Counted from the stretch's first letter, positions 37,389 to 51,732 are shown. The stretch is 64,000 nt of DNA from Fistulifera solaris (GCA_030295235.1 AP026149.1:558001-622000); one strand, 5' to 3'. Numbers and translations: made by a program. Notes: a model not told the origin generated them from the letters alone.

Positions 37389-37849
37389 TTTGGATTGTTG
37401 GTTTGTTTTTCTTTCAATCGCAAATACAATATGAAAGGAGAATCGCGGCAATGCCGAGTAATGATAAAATTGATTCTATAATCTTGATACAAAAAGTTAG
37501 ACGACCAGCTTTCATAAAAAATAATCACATCAAGCAGCGCGTGCAGCGATGATTTTTTATCGCATTCGATTATTTGCGAAATGCGAAAATGAATCGAAAA
37601 ACGGCTTTAAGCGGGTGGCGGCCGTACCAGATTCATCCGGGCTCCGGGCCCCGCCCGCACGTCCCCCGCCCGTACGTAGTAGAGTCGATCAGTTTATAAT
37701 AAGGTTAGGGCCATCGGTCATCGGTCATCGGGTCATCGGCATCATCGTGGCGACAAAGATTCATTCTCGTTTTCTCTTCTCATCACATAACCGATCAAGG
37801 TGTTTAGCTGCTCGATAACATCCGTTCATCTCTAGAAAAAAAAGACACC

Positions 37850-39400
37850 ATGACGATTTGTTGGGACTTGATTCGTCGAATGGAAAAGGGAGCGCTATTG
37901 GAGCGGATTCCGGAAGAAGAATGGTCTCCTGAGCAAGCCGCTTGGGGTACGGAAGAGCCGCTGTACCGATTCCGGTATACACCGACGCTCGACGATTTTC
38001 AATGGGACGATAAGCAACAATTTGCGGTTTGGCGTGAAAATGGAACACTTGTTTGCCTTCAACATATTGACGGCTGGCGGACGGAACTTTTTGAAGGCTG
38101 GCGGACGCGAGATGCAAGTTCGGAGCCACGCTACAAGTATCAGGGACAGAGCGTTGCGTTTGAAATAGATTTCACCAGGCGTGTTGACGGAGTCAAGTGC
38201 ACAATATATGGTAAAACGAATCATGCCATTGCCGAGACATTGACCTTTCTTTGGTCGCTTGATCGAGGGAGGGCGAAAATACAAAAGGCTTTGTTATCTT
38301 CCTTAGATGTCTCGATCCTTTCCGCCGAGCAACTAGCTTCTATTTTGAATGCCAACCGAAATATTCAGCTGAATATGCCCTCCATTGCGTGGACGCCAGA
38401 ACAGTCGGTCGTTTTGGCCACGAGACCGTTTTCGTTGAATTGGAACCTTACACAACGCTTCAGCGACCATGGAACGGCGTTCGTCAGCGCACTTCAGACA
38501 CGTCAGAAAGGACAATCGAACTTTGGCACGCTCACCTTTGAGGTTAGTACCTTCAGCCGCCCCAATCTCGAACTACTTTTTCAATTGGAAGATACATTTA
38601 CAAAACTTGATGTCGAGTGTCACGATCATGACCTTGTCTTACTTCCGTTCTCAGCCAAGGTTGAAACTCTTCACTACACGTTTGAAACGTATGGAATTGT
38701 TGATCCGGAAGACTTTGGATCAATTGAGATGAAGCCGAAAAATGTTCATTTGGAAATCAAAAATTTCATTCGGAACGTACTCATGGTTACTGCGGTCTTG
38801 GATCGTCTAGCGCAGTTGGGTCACTTGGAGCGATTGGGTCTAACGCTTGCTGAGATTGGTCGCAATATTGATGCGGATCAAGTAGCCCTTGTTGCCGAAG
38901 CGCTCCTTCGTGTCATCCATGCCAATCCCAGTCTGTCGTATCTGGATTTGAGTAAGACGCATCGATTTCATCAACGTGTGGATTGGACACCCCACTATGA
39001 ACAAATCTTCGACGCGATGGAAGCTCGCAGCAGTTTGAGCACGTCGACCATTGCAATCCACGAACCAGGAAGAAACACACCTTTTGGGGGCTACTCTGAT
39101 ACGTCCATGAACGCGGCATTGTACTCGCAGGTGGAGACTTTACTCTCCCGCAACCGACACATCCTAGTCGAAGACCAATGGGGTTTGACTTTTACAGATG
39201 GATCCAAGATCGACTCGATTTATAAACTGAATCGGTTTTACAATGGGTCCGAGAATCTGGCCAAGGGAACCACATCCTTTTGGAAGCCACAGCTAATGGT
39301 CACGGCCTTGACACACAGTTCGTCGGGAAAGTTTTCCTTCACCGCACTGCTGCTGTCACATCACACGAACACGCTGGTGGAATGCTTGTATGGATCCTGA
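37850..39400 (+). CDS. Lineage-expanded hypothetical protein (RNI/LRR-like C-terminal half), intact member of a local multicopy family
   Basis: 516 aa single-exon ORF. ANPSLSYLDLS, LLSRNRHI, IDSIYKLNRFYNGS and ALLLSHH motifs recur in degraded copies elsewhere in the window. Confidence 0.75.
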   Translation: MTICWDLIRRMEKGALLERIPEEEWSPEQAAWGTEEPLYRFRYTPTLDDFQWDDKQQFAVWRENGTLVCLQHIDGWRTELFEGWRTRDASSEPRYKYQGQSVAFEIDFTRRVDGVKCTIYGKTNHAIAETLTFLWSLDRGRAKIQKALLSSLDVSILSAEQLASILNANRNIQLNMPSIAWTPEQSVVLATRPFSLNWNLTQRFSDHGTAFVSALQTRQKGQSNFGTLTFEVSTFSRPNLELLFQLEDTFTKLDVECHDHDLVLLPFSAKVETLHYTFETYGIVDPEDFGSIEMKPKNVHLEIKNFIRNVLMVTAVLDRLAQLGHLERLGLTLAEIGRNIDADQVALVAEALLRVIHANPSLSYLDLSKTHRFHQRVDWTPHYEQIFDAMEARSSLSTSTIAIHEPGRNTPFGGYSDTSMNAALYSQVETLLSRNRHILVEDQWGLTFTDGSKIDSIYKLNRFYNGSENLAKGTTSFWKPQLMVTALTHSSSGKFSFTALLLSHHTNTLVECLYGS

Positions 39401-40161
39401 ATGACCAGATCCGAAAGCTCAATCGTTGTTGGAACGGATGGGTCAAACTGGCCAGAGAATGTGAATCATTATCCTTTGGAAAACGGCAGCTAATGACGAT
39501 GGCGTTGACCACTCTATTGGCTCAGAACTTTTCCGTCGTGGCACTCTTGCTTTCGCATCACAAAGAATTGTTGATTTCCTGCCTGGAGGATTGGTATTTC
39601 TATGAATCTTGTATGCTTTCTGTAGTTCAATCCTTTTCCATACAAAACCTTTGAATCGTACGCTCGAAGAAAGCAATTTGCCTTTCTCGAATCCTAAGCA
39701 GGAACACGATTGCTGTATTATTTTAAATAATATAAAACGCGCATCCCGTATACATTTTATTTATTTACGAGGGCTACGTGAATGACATGTGCGTATAGGC
39801 TCTCAAAGCGTTTGCATCTTTTTCCTCTCTATATATACTTGATCTCGAGTTCGCTGACGCGTGAGCTCAAAGTGTTTTGAATGAACAAGTAAGCAGGGGT
39901 TTTAATGATACACTAGTAATTTGTAAGCAATTTAGCCTTGACTGACTGACACGACTGAAATGAGTCAGACACAACAAAAACAAAAACACACAATTAAACA
40001 CCCGCATCGCTTTCGCATCGTCATAGCCCTCTCTGTATAACATCGGCACTATTACTGGTATATATAGACTATATTATCTTTTTGAGAAAAGACAACACAA
40101 ATTTATAAGGAGTAACGCGTTTAGACGAAAAGGACGACAGCGTAGCACTTTTACAGCCAAT

Positions 40162-41630
40162 ATGAGGAGCACAAACTTTCGTTGCGCGCTTCTTCTTACG
40201 TCGACGATGACATTGGATGCCTTTTTCATTCCACAACCAAGGATACCAAATAATAAGAATGTTCCAAAACACACTATTGTCGTGGATCCTTCATCGTCTT
40301 CTCCTTCTCCTTCTTCTTCTCGTCGGGATAATTCCAAGAATACGTTTGTGACACTGTCTCATTTCTTCAAGATAGCCGATGATGATGATTCGATGACACA
40401 CATCCTGACATCGTGTGCACTGGCAATGGTGTTATGCTTCAGTACACCATTCCCCGCACACGCCGGTAGTAATTACGGATCACTTTCGGACGAACAAAAA
40501 CTCGTTGCGGAAGCCTGGCGTCTCGTGGATAACAGTTTCCTTGATCGTACCTTCAACGGAGAAGATTGGTTTCAATTGCGCGAACGGTACGTGCATCAAC
40601 AGAAATACAAGACCATGACAGAAGCACAAGATTCCATTGAACAAATGGTAGCGAAATTGGGAGACAAGTACACGCGATATTTGTCACCCGCCAAGTATCA
40701 ATCCATTGTGGATTCGGCAACGGGGACATTGGCGGGGATTGGGGTGCAAATTGGGACCGATGATACCGGCTTTGTCGCCGTGGCCGATGTGGAACCCAAT
40801 AGTCCTGCCGAACAGGCCGGTTTACACGTGGGGGACAAGTTTTTGGAAGCCGATGGACTTCGCTTTGATGCCAAGACGACACCCGATGATGTCGCTTTGA
40901 AATTACGAGGACCCGTGGGGAGTAAAGTCGGTGTGGTGGCCGAACGCGACGGCAAAACTCTGGATCTAATATTGACACGCCAGCCCATTACCATTACGGC
41001 GGTTCGCAGTTACTTGTCCAGCACCAATGTACCGGGAGTGGGAAAAATTGGAGTTATCCGTGTCAAGAATTTCTCCGGTACGACCGCGTCGACCGTGGCC
41101 ACGGAATTGACAAATTTGAAAAGAAAGGGGCACAAGCGTTTGTCATTGACGTACGAGGGAATCCTGGAGGTTTGTTGCCCGGTGGTGTCGATACAGCGTC
41201 CCTGTTCTTAGATACCAACAAGCCACTCGTCTTTGTCGTGAATAAGAAAGGAGTAGTAGATGCGCAGTCCTCATTGGCGGCAGGAATGGAATTAGACGCT
41301 CCCTTGGTGGTACTGGTGGACAAGAATACGGCTTCGGCGGCAGAAGTATTTACAGCCGCCTTACAGGAGAATGGTCGTGCGGTCATTGCCGGAGAACAAA
41401 CATTTGGGAAAGGGATCGTTCAAACAATCCGGGAATTGTCTGGGGGGACAAATGGAGGACTCGCCATTACCGTAGCTCGGTACGAAACCCCACAGCATCA
41501 CGATATCAACAAATCGGGTATACCGGTCGATGTCAAAACATCCGTGGCATGTCCCAAAGACGACGCTGTAGCATGCTTGGATGCCAGTGCATTCCGTAAG
41601 GCGAAGGAGTCGTTGCAAAGTGATGCTTAA
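40162..41630 (+). CDS. ctpA: C-terminal processing peptidase S41A (D1 maturation protease family); frameshift near 41120
   Basis: EAWRLVDNSFLD, LGDKYTRYL, PDZ segment, repaired IDVRGNPGG, TASAAEVF, TFGKGIVQ. Bipartite targeting with AHA lumenal cleavage motif. Confidence 0.9.
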
Positions 41631-41703
41631 TCTCGATAATCACATGAATGCTATTTGCTAGCTAAACATTATCGATACAAACCATTCAACAACTTTTAGT
41701 AAG

Positions 41704-43155
41704 TTATTTATCCTCTGCTCCTCCATCACTCTCCTCTGGATCTTTCGATAATTCCGTGTAGTACTCTTGAAGAAACAAATACTTGAGGAAATTACCCTCC
41801 TTGGCTTCTTCTTCAATGACATGCTTCATGACCACATTGTCTTTAAAGTCCTTCCATCGCTGGTAGGCTGGTTCCTCTGACCGTGTCCAATCCATATCAT
41901 CCAGATCGGGATTTTCTTGTTTCCGCCGATTGTATCCCGTGTAATAGCTCACATCTAAATACAATCCTTGTGCGGGTGCTACATCCACTTTGACACGACA
42001 ATCTTTCGTGAGTGCCTGACGGAGTGTGTCCAAAGAACTGGCACCCCGTGTTACTTGCATGGCCATGGAAACCATTTTTCGAATTTGATGCAATAAGAAG
42101 GATTGTCCCAAAACTTGTGTCGGAATCCATTCGACTCCATTGTGCAGAACCGGTTCGTCCGCGGTAAAGGACAGAATGTAACGAGTCGCCCGTGCTTCCG
42201 TCGGTGGTACACCCTTGGTAAAATTATGAAAGGAATGCGTCCCTTCGTAACTGGCTAAACATTCTTTCAACAAATTCAGTTGCACTGGCGTGAGACGATA
42301 CGATTGCAAGGCTTCTTGCAATTGCGCGATTTCGTCCCGCGTCAATGGATTGTTCGGTGGTCGCGGTTCCTTGTGGGCCATCATCTGCTGCAACAATGGT
42401 TTCATTTGTGGCGAAAAGACCAAGGATGGGATCATGTACTGATAGCGGACTTGATCACGTTGTGTATGCGCACAAAAGTTGCGCGTCGCTCGGACAATAT
42501 CCAAAACACGAAAATCATTCGGCAAAACGGCATTTAGGGCATGCAGTACTTGCTCCAGTGTCTGTTCCGGTAACAGTTCAATTTTGGCAGAACACACCTG
42601 CGCACAAGCATGTACACCTTTATCGGTTCGCCCCGAAATACTCCATCCGTATTTGTGAGGAAATCCAAAATTACGAGGATCCAACAACCGACATTTATAG
42701 AGAGCCAGTTCGAATTCGGCTTGCAGTGTCCGTTGTCCTTCATTGATTTGAAATCCTGAATACGCCGTTCCTAAATATCCCAATAGAAACGCGACTTTCT
42801 TTTTCGAGGTGGCTGGTTGTTGTGAGGAATCATCGTTGCTGTAGCAAGGCAAAGTAACGTTGAATAATTGACAAAACGCGGGATTGGCATACGACCCTGG
42901 ATGCACGACTTTTCGGTTTTCGTCTAATTGCCATGTATGATTGCGTTTAATGTGGTCATCGGCTTTCTTTCGTTTGTTTTTCGGTCGCGGTTCCTTCTTG
43001 CCGCCGTCACGTTTCTTGGTAGTAGGAGCCGTCGGGTCGGACATGTTTCGAAAAGTCAAGAGGGTCGTCGTGCGCGGTGATTGCTGAAACAGTGGTGTCT
43101 TGGGGCTCTTGAATATAAGTAGTGGCAAGTTTTGTCGACAATAACGAGAGAACAT
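41704..43155 (-). CDS. tRNA pseudouridine synthase, TruA/Pus1 family
   Basis: GYLGTAYSGFQ, GRTDKGVHA (catalytic Asp), YEGTHSFHNFT, GQSFLLHQIRKMV, APAQGLYL. Confidence 0.92.
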   Translation of the reverse strand: MFSRYCRQNLPLLIFKSPKTPLFQQSPRTTTLLTFRNMSDPTAPTTKKRDGGKKEPRPKNKRKKADDHIKRNHTWQLDENRKVVHPGSYANPAFCQLFNVTLPCYSNDDSSQQPATSKKKVAFLLGYLGTAYSGFQINEGQRTLQAEFELALYKCRLLDPRNFGFPHKYGWSISGRTDKGVHACAQVCSAKIELLPEQTLEQVLHALNAVLPNDFRVLDIVRATRNFCAHTQRDQVRYQYMIPSLVFSPQMKPLLQQMMAHKEPRPPNNPLTRDEIAQLQEALQSYRLTPVQLNLLKECLASYEGTHSFHNFTKGVPPTEARATRYILSFTADEPVLHNGVEWIPTQVLGQSFLLHQIRKMVSMAMQVTRGASSLDTLRQALTKDCRVKVDVAPAQGLYLDVSYYTGYNRRKQENPDLDDMDWTRSEEPAYQRWKDFKDNVVMKHVIEEEAKEGNFLKYLFLQEYYTELSKDPEESDGGAEDK

Positions 43156-43549
43156 TCGAAGAATAGTTCAACAGCAACAAAGGATCGGATCGATCTTTTC
43201 TTTGAGTTGTAAAAAATGTGTGGTCGAAAGATGCAAAGATTTTCTGTGTCTTTTCTGTGTCTCTCTGTTACAAATTACTGTATTACAAAACAAAAAGAAG
43301 TACCATGAGAAGGAAAGTAGTCTTGGGCGGTCATCGAAAAGATGTCAACCGCATGACGTCATCCGAGCGTTTTGTTCGAATTCTTCGCGGCCTTATTTTG
43401 TTTTTCGTCCGTTCAGCGGCGTCTTCATCGATGTCACACTTTTCTTCTTCGTTTTCACTCATTCGACACAACGCTATACTTGCGTTGTGTTTGTGTGCAA
43501 CGAAACACACGAAGGATTTTACCTGCTTTATTTTCTTTACGTTTCAATC

Positions 43550-44941
<1,392 letters not shown>

Positions 44942-45667
44942 TTGATGCGAGAGTGCAGAGGAAGGCTGCGTAGCAGAATATCATTTCGGAAACGCGTAAA
45001 AAGTTAAGAATAAAATATCCTTGCGCAGGAATAACCGTTCGTGACTGAAATATTATTCATTCCCGTCCTTTGTAAGGGTGAGGAGTTAGTATTGGCTATC
45101 GAGTACCGTAGAGATACGAAAATGGCGCCAATTATCAGGCCACTTTTGATAGCATTGCAATTCTACTAATTGTACTATTGTAAATATTTTAAATGGCCAA
45201 AAGTCTAATATTTTGAACCAACCATAGGGTTAAGGCTAAACTGCCAGAGTGCCTTGTGCGACGTAACCGTTCGTGACGGCAATCTGACTTACTCCCTGAT
45301 AAGGTCAACACACTTTTGGAGAGTACTTTAAGGGTCTTGTGTAGTTCTACACCGCAGCGACACGCAAATTGGCGCAAAATTTACAGCAGAGAAAAAAGTC
45401 GCCGAAGATACGCAACATTGCGCCTTCCACTATTTCGTAGCGTCATTTTTTAGTTGAAGCTTTGATGATCTTCTTCCTTTCAATTCCTTCCTTCGAACAT
45501 GACTAATAGCAAACCAAGATTAGCAACACGCCCACCAACTGGCTTCCGTAGGTGAATCACGAATAACTGTTGACTGCGAGGATCGTTGTCAAGGAAATCA
45601 TTCGCGGCGTTATCGCTTATCGTCATTTCAGAACTTTCGATATGTTCGCTGACGACAGTGATCTGGA

Positions 45668-46025
45668 TTGGTCTCCTCATGCGGAGACAATTCTAGATGG
45701 TGTAGAACACCAACGTTTTTAACCTTGAAAACAGATGAAATCTCGGAATTTGATGGGTTTTCTAACATTCGGCAGTTGCTGTCACAGAACAGAAACGTCA
45801 CAGTATCGGATGTAGATGGAGAGATTTGTTCAGGCGGATCGTCGATTGATGCTCTATACTCCTTAAACCGGTTCTACCGAGGTTCGATGGATCTAGCGGT
45901 AATGGCGTCATCAGAACGACCGTCTTTTTGTAGCGAGAGCTCTGATGGAATTTGCATCGAGCGATTTTCAGCGTTCCGCGCTCTTACTCTCAGATCACTC
46001 TGATCTGTTACATGAACTTGTTTAG
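45668..46025 (+). pseudogene. C-terminal remnant of the 37850-39400 family
   Basis: RQLLSQNRNVTV...SSIDALYSLNRFYRGS, then in a shifted frame ALMEFASSDFQRSALLLSDH. No intact N-terminus. Confidence 0.7.
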
Positions 46026-47292
46026 TTTACACAATTAGGTCAACTTCAAGGAGATGATGCTTAATCAGAATCGATTCTAGACAACAATTTCACTCACCAA
46101 CGGCGAAGACATCTCGAGCATTATGGCATGAAAACGAACACCAGCTAAAACTATCAACATTGTTTCATGACAATGCGTGTGCTGTTTGAGCTTACTATTG
46201 GACCAAATCACATTCGATATAGCTCGCCAGTCATTCTGGTAATCCTATTTTTCGTAGTTTGAAAATTTTTAGATATAAGTCGAAAGCTGCATCTAATCCT
46301 CAAGTTTGAAGACTCCTCGCGACACATCTGAGGTTAGCTTTCAAAAACCTTGTGTCATTTGGAGGCTGGAGCACTGTACGAGACAAATTTCTTCTGTGGG
46401 AAGGCAGGTGCAGTATCGAAAAGGGGCTGAAGTCGTGATCCAAAGACACGCAGCTCGTGAAATCTAGTTTTTGAACAATATCTGGAACGGAAAATCAGTT
46501 TAGTCGGAGCCCCTGTCTGACTACTGAGATGGCCACCGATCGAGCCGTTCCCAAACCATGGTAATAGTTCGTTTAAAATGGATGAGATTCTTCACCTTCC
46601 TTCGCTAAGGATACATGAACGCAAGCACAAACGCAGAAAAAGGACTTGAGGAAAACTAGAAGTTACTAGAGGATGTTTTCTTTGATCAGTATAGCAGCCT
46701 TTTATACCACGCAATGACAACGCCGCAGCATAGATGACGAATTAAATAGCTTCACGGAGTAATGTGATGAACAACCTATCGCAGCTGAGGAAAGCGGTCA
46801 ACAACATGAAACCCGGGCAAAGGGGACGAGTTCATAAAAAGTGTGAGCGGGACTTCCTTGCGCTCCTCTCGCCAAGAAATCCTTCATACTGTAGTTCGAA
46901 CACGGATCGAACCCATAAAAGAAACAGGAGATTGAGAAAAAAAGTAGAATTGGATGACGACTTTCAAGCCTCACTTGCTCAAACAAAGATCAGAACTTAA
47001 ACTTGTCACTTGTCTTCACGAAAGCCGGAGTTTTTCCCGACATTTCTTCAGAAGAAGTCACCAATGAAGTTGTTGCTCATCATTCTCTGCGTTCCATTAT
47101 TTCATACACGCACAGCATCTTACCATGATGTCGCGATTGTCGAGGAAATCCGACAGAGAAAACAGAACTGCCAGTTTTCATCGCTCTCGCTATACGTCTT
47201 GTTGAAGTATTCGACTCTCAATAACGAAGGATCCATTGGACTGAATGGTAAGAAAGGCCTTCCAATCCTTGAACCAGGCATAAATGAGAGTT

Positions 47293-49133
47293 TCACTCAA
47301 TTTCGATAACATCTGGCGTGTGTGGTACTACTTGCTGCTTGCACAATAACTTCGGTGTCGAAAGACCCTTGTCGGGGCCAAACCCACCTTCGACTCGAAC
47401 CACCACTATTTCCTCATCGACTTTGTCGCTATCGTCACCGGAGACCAGAGTAGGGCTGTCAAGTGCATCCACGAAGAGTTTCGGGACTCCACCTTGCTGA
47501 ACGGACAAGGTAAACATTGCTTCTTTCAGCATAACAATTTCGCTTTTCAAGAAGCCAAGAACCTGCTCAGCAGTGGAGTGGTTCTCTACTTTCGATGAAA
47601 TCTGTTGTGCCAAGGTACCGCGGAAATAGGCCCGGGGCAACGCCTGACCATACCATTTGCGCGACTTCTTTTCGAGATCTAAAATTTCCATAAGTGCTTC
47701 TTTGACTTGCATATTTCTGTGGACGCGCTGCTCCAAGGACTCTTTGACTCCGGCATTAGTCAAAAGCCAACTCCTGGCATACATATCCGACCGGGACAAC
47801 CATTCCGACCACGTAGCCTTCTTGCGTTCCTCGTATTGGTTTTGTGCGATGATTAATCGTAAGCGCTTGGATTCTTGCTTTCGCGTTCGTTCCGAAAGCA
47901 TCCTCGCTTCGTCCATTTTTCTCGCTTCATCAGTTTCTTCGCGATTGCTAATAATATCCAGCATAACATTTTCACACGTGACTTCCGCCAAAGGAAACGA
48001 TCGTGACAGTTTCCGGATCGACCACAATATTTCGGAGCGATCAGTAAATCCCATGGCCAATAATTCTGCCGTGAGCATGTGTTCGCGTGGATTTTGTGGC
48101 GTAGAATCATGATGCGATGCTGCCGCCGATTGTTGTTGAGGTGTAATTGACGAAGAGCCGTCGTCGTCGTTCCTCGGTTCTGTCTTGACTTTGACTTTCT
48201 TCGATTTCGGGGGCGACCTGGGGCGCGATGATGACTTCTCCTTTTTCGAAGACGGTGTCGGTGAACGGACCGCGTGGACAGAATTTGCGGTCAAATTAGC
48301 TGTATGGGCTTGATTTTGACCGGCTGCGGGTGATGAGGGATTACTTGGGAGAAATCTCACAGTGTCAATAAAAGGTCTAGGTGACAACACGGCCGGAATC
48401 GGACGTTTGCTTGGAGTCGCCGGTTTTGGAGGCAATTTCTTTGCTGTGGATGATTTCTTATTTGCAACAGAGGACTTTGGTGACATTGCCGGAGTGCATG
48501 GACATGGGCATGTGTTTGTAGTTTGTAATTGATTTTGGAGCTGTTGCGCATACGCCTGTATCATGTAGGCTTGGGGGTTCGGGGGTGTCGGAAATTGGGA
48601 AGGAGGTAATGCAACTTGTGCTGATGCAGCAGCAGTATTAGCAGTATTAGCAGCAGTAGCGACAGCGGTAGTATGATGTTGCTGTCCTTGCTGTAATACA
48701 CGAGCTTGTATCCGTTCTTGTACGTTGAGATAGGTTCTAATACCACTCTCTGCGTGGCTGCGTATCGATTGACAGTTCGGAAAATCGTCATACAAAATGC
48801 TGCAAACTGTCGTGATGAACTGTTCCTTGCGTTTATGAAACGATAACTTCAATGGAATGTTCAGCTTACATTCGTAAACAAACGGCATGCGGTAGAGAAT
48901 ACTCAGTATTTGTTTGAGCTGAGCGACTGAAAGGATAGCGACGATGAGAAGGCATTGATTACAGTGAAACTCGGAACGAACATTCCGAATGAACACGAAT
49001 ATTCACATCTATAGTTACCTTGAGGTGTATTAAAGTTTATTATTCGCTTTCCCGTCTCTTCGCCCAGAACTTTATTGAGGAATTTGCGGAGCGTATCCGA
49101 AATCTTGGGGTGGTAAGAAATGGATTCGCTCAT
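47293..49133 (-). CDS. Hypothetical protein with a UBA-like segment and possible N-terminal SAP-like motif; 1 intron
   Basis: Intron at about 49017-48928 joins NTPQ|VAQLKQIL. Central Q/P/S-rich region; LLAMGFTD is a UBA-like MGF motif. Confidence 0.6.
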
Positions 49134-49725
49134 GATTGCTGCATTGGCTTCGATGGCTGCTGGGCTTTCCGGGAAGTGATGATAGCGCTGATGAGAAATG
49201 TCTTGCTTCTTGAATCAATAAAGATGTGTCTGGGAAGCTGGTGTCAACACGGCACGCATAAGCTGCGATTGATCAGCATTGCAATAGAGCCTTATTTCAT
49301 TTCCTTTGTCTCGACGAGCGACGCACATCTGCATCCGCGAACGTGGTGGGAGAAAGGTCGCCTACAGTAATTTGTAGAGACAAGTAGAGGTATGGTATAG
49401 AGTGTTGATGGGTTCTTCCAGTGGGTACCGGTACGCGAGCTTTTTCTATACGCGCTTTTCTTCTGGCATCTACGGCCAACACGCCGTGCCGCGCCTCCGG
49501 CCCGCACCTTTGCGTGTCAGCATCTCAACTCATTACAAAGCAACCTACTTGCGCTTGGAAAGACCCTGCTTTCAAATAGCTAGCAGGCAACTCCTTTGTC
49601 TGTTTTAAATTCTACTTGAGCTTTATCAAGCAGCACAGCTGTAAAGTGTGAGATTCTCGCACAAAAAGGCCAGTTACCTACCGACAAACAGCCGATATAG
49701 TACCAAAGCAGAAAATTCGTCTGCC

Positions 49726-50976
49726 ATGAGAATCTTGAGCCTCCACGCCAAGGGCTGCATGACAATGTCGTTGTTGATATTCACGGAAACAGTGACTATG
49801 ACGAATGCTGTATCATTTTGGAGTAAGTTACATCAGCACGGGCGTCATCATGGCTATTATGAAGAAGAGACACAGAGCCATAGCACGATGGCGAGACGCC
49901 GAGGAGTCAGTATCTTCGCAGAAGCGCTCGAAATCGGCACTTGCCTGAGTCCTTTCGATCCGTCCTGCTGGAAACGACAGACGGATTGCTGCAAAGATTG
50001 CTCTCACTGTCTGGATACGCGCGCGAAAGAGAGGGTGTGTTCCTTCCCTCGAGGAGGACACATGCATGATCATTCGCATGCGCACGATGCTGCTTCCGCT
50101 CTCATCGCTACTACACCGTTGGGACTTCCTCTTAATTCATGGAAAGTCATCTTTCAAGCGCTGCTAACAACAATGAACGTGTTGTGCTGGTTGATTCCTT
50201 TGAAAAGCAAAAAGATCTCGCAGAATAAGTTTGCCTTATCCATGGCCAACGCTTTCTCGGGTGGTGTCTTTCTGTCGTTGGCGTTTGGACATTTAATCCC
50301 AGAATGCGTTCACGGATTTGCGAATCTTCCGGAAGAGACACCGTATTTGCTCGTATTAGCCGGGTATCTGTTGATATTCTTTGTTGAAAAGGTAGCCTTT
50401 GACGCGCACGAGATTTTACACGAAATGCAAGGGGAAGGTCATCATCATCACCACTCACACAATCATCAAGTCGTCAACACGAAGGAGAGTAAGCAAGAGG
50501 TGACTCCGGCAGGCAGTGGCAGGGGCGCTGTGATCTTGCTAGGTGCACTTGCCGTGCACAGTGTATTGGAGATGATGGCCTTGGGTCTGGCCAACAATTT
50601 TGGCGACTGCGCGTTGTTAACATTGAGTATTTCACTGCATCAACCGGCCGAATCGATTGCTCTGTTGGTGGCCTTTTTAAAATCGGGCATGCCCGAGGAT
50701 CAAGTTCTGAAATACTTGTCCATTTTTAGTTGCATGGGACCGATCGGAGTAGCGTTGGGAATGGCGGTGAGCGAATATGCCGCACCAATTGTAGATTCGA
50801 TCATGCTGGCCGTTGTGGCGGGTACCTTTGTCTATGTCGGTGCGACCGAAGTCATACCGGAAGAATGGGAAGACGGACATCACAAATGGGCTAAATTCGC
50901 TGCGCTCATGGGAGGAATTGGTAGTATTCTGGTAATTACACAATATACAGCTTCCCTAGGAGGGCACTCCCATTAA
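49726..50976 (+). CDS. ZIP family metal transporter
   Basis: ANAFSGGVFLSLAFGHLIPE, His-rich loops, ALAVHSVLE, SLHQPAES, AGTFVYVGATEVIPEE. Start uncertain. Confidence 0.9.
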   Translation: MRILSLHAKGCMTMSLLIFTETVTMTNAVSFWSKLHQHGRHHGYYEEETQSHSTMARRRGVSIFAEALEIGTCLSPFDPSCWKRQTDCCKDCSHCLDTRAKERVCSFPRGGHMHDHSHAHDAASALIATTPLGLPLNSWKVIFQALLTTMNVLCWLIPLKSKKISQNKFALSMANAFSGGVFLSLAFGHLIPECVHGFANLPEETPYLLVLAGYLLIFFVEKVAFDAHEILHEMQGEGHHHHHSHNHQVVNTKESKQEVTPAGSGRGAVILLGALAVHSVLEMMALGLANNFGDCALLTLSISLHQPAESIALLVAFLKSGMPEDQVLKYLSIFSCMGPIGVALGMAVSEYAAPIVDSIMLAVVAGTFVYVGATEVIPEEWEDGHHKWAKFAALMGGIGSILVITQYTASLGGHSH

Positions 50977-51587
50977 CTATGAAATAAATAAGCAATAAAA
51001 GCAAGATAGCAATGTAAAGCTGAATCACTGATAGAAACGTTGTTTTCAAGTATGCGCGATTGGTTGTTTCTCGCAATAATTAGCGGCACGTTAACAGCGT
51101 TGTCTCCCTTTACTGAGGGCACACGCAAAACCCTACGTAAGGCGCGTTGTCTAGCTACCGGGTATACTGCTACGAAACATTCTCTCGTCGTACAAGCGTT
51201 TTACAACATACTCCGCATTAAATTCATCACCATTAGCTTATCCTAACATCATTCGCCAAAGCTATCGAATTTAAATGTTGAAAGTAGCGATAATAGTTTT
51301 TGTCTACCATTTCTACTATAAAAGCAAGCAGTAGGCGGTTTCATGCGACTTTTCCCCGCGACTGCCCCGCGACTGCATTTCAGTCATGAATTAAGTTCTT
51401 GCGAAACTTGACTGCTGATTACCTTCCGTTCATTTGGCGAGCTTGATGGTAAGTCACACATCTGATTTCGTCATTAAAGTGTCGATGTCGATGTCTGAAG
51501 TAATTATTATTCCGGACTATGTGAAAACGGGTGTGACTATGTGACAATACTACATCGATACTTTACTACGCCGCAAGCGGGGTACTT

Positions 51588-51618
51588 GTACCGGTACGGT
51601 ACGGTACCGTACCGGTAC
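51588..51618. repeat. Perfect 15-bp inverted repeat with 1-nt spacer, built of GTAC units
   Basis: GTACCGGTACGGTAC-G-GTACCGTACCGGTAC. Confidence 0.9.
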
Positions 51619-51732
51619 CTTTTGATGACACTCCTCACGGACGTCGGACAGAGACAACGTACAGCCATTTGCATTTTTATGATGCAACAAAAGGATCACT
51701 ATATTCAAGATCATTGATTGAACTGTACAAAA

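Noticed and set aside
46550..47309. Short ORFs 46764-47000 and 47010-47309
   Set aside because: No recognisable domain or splice model; possibly decayed coding sequence but unsupported.
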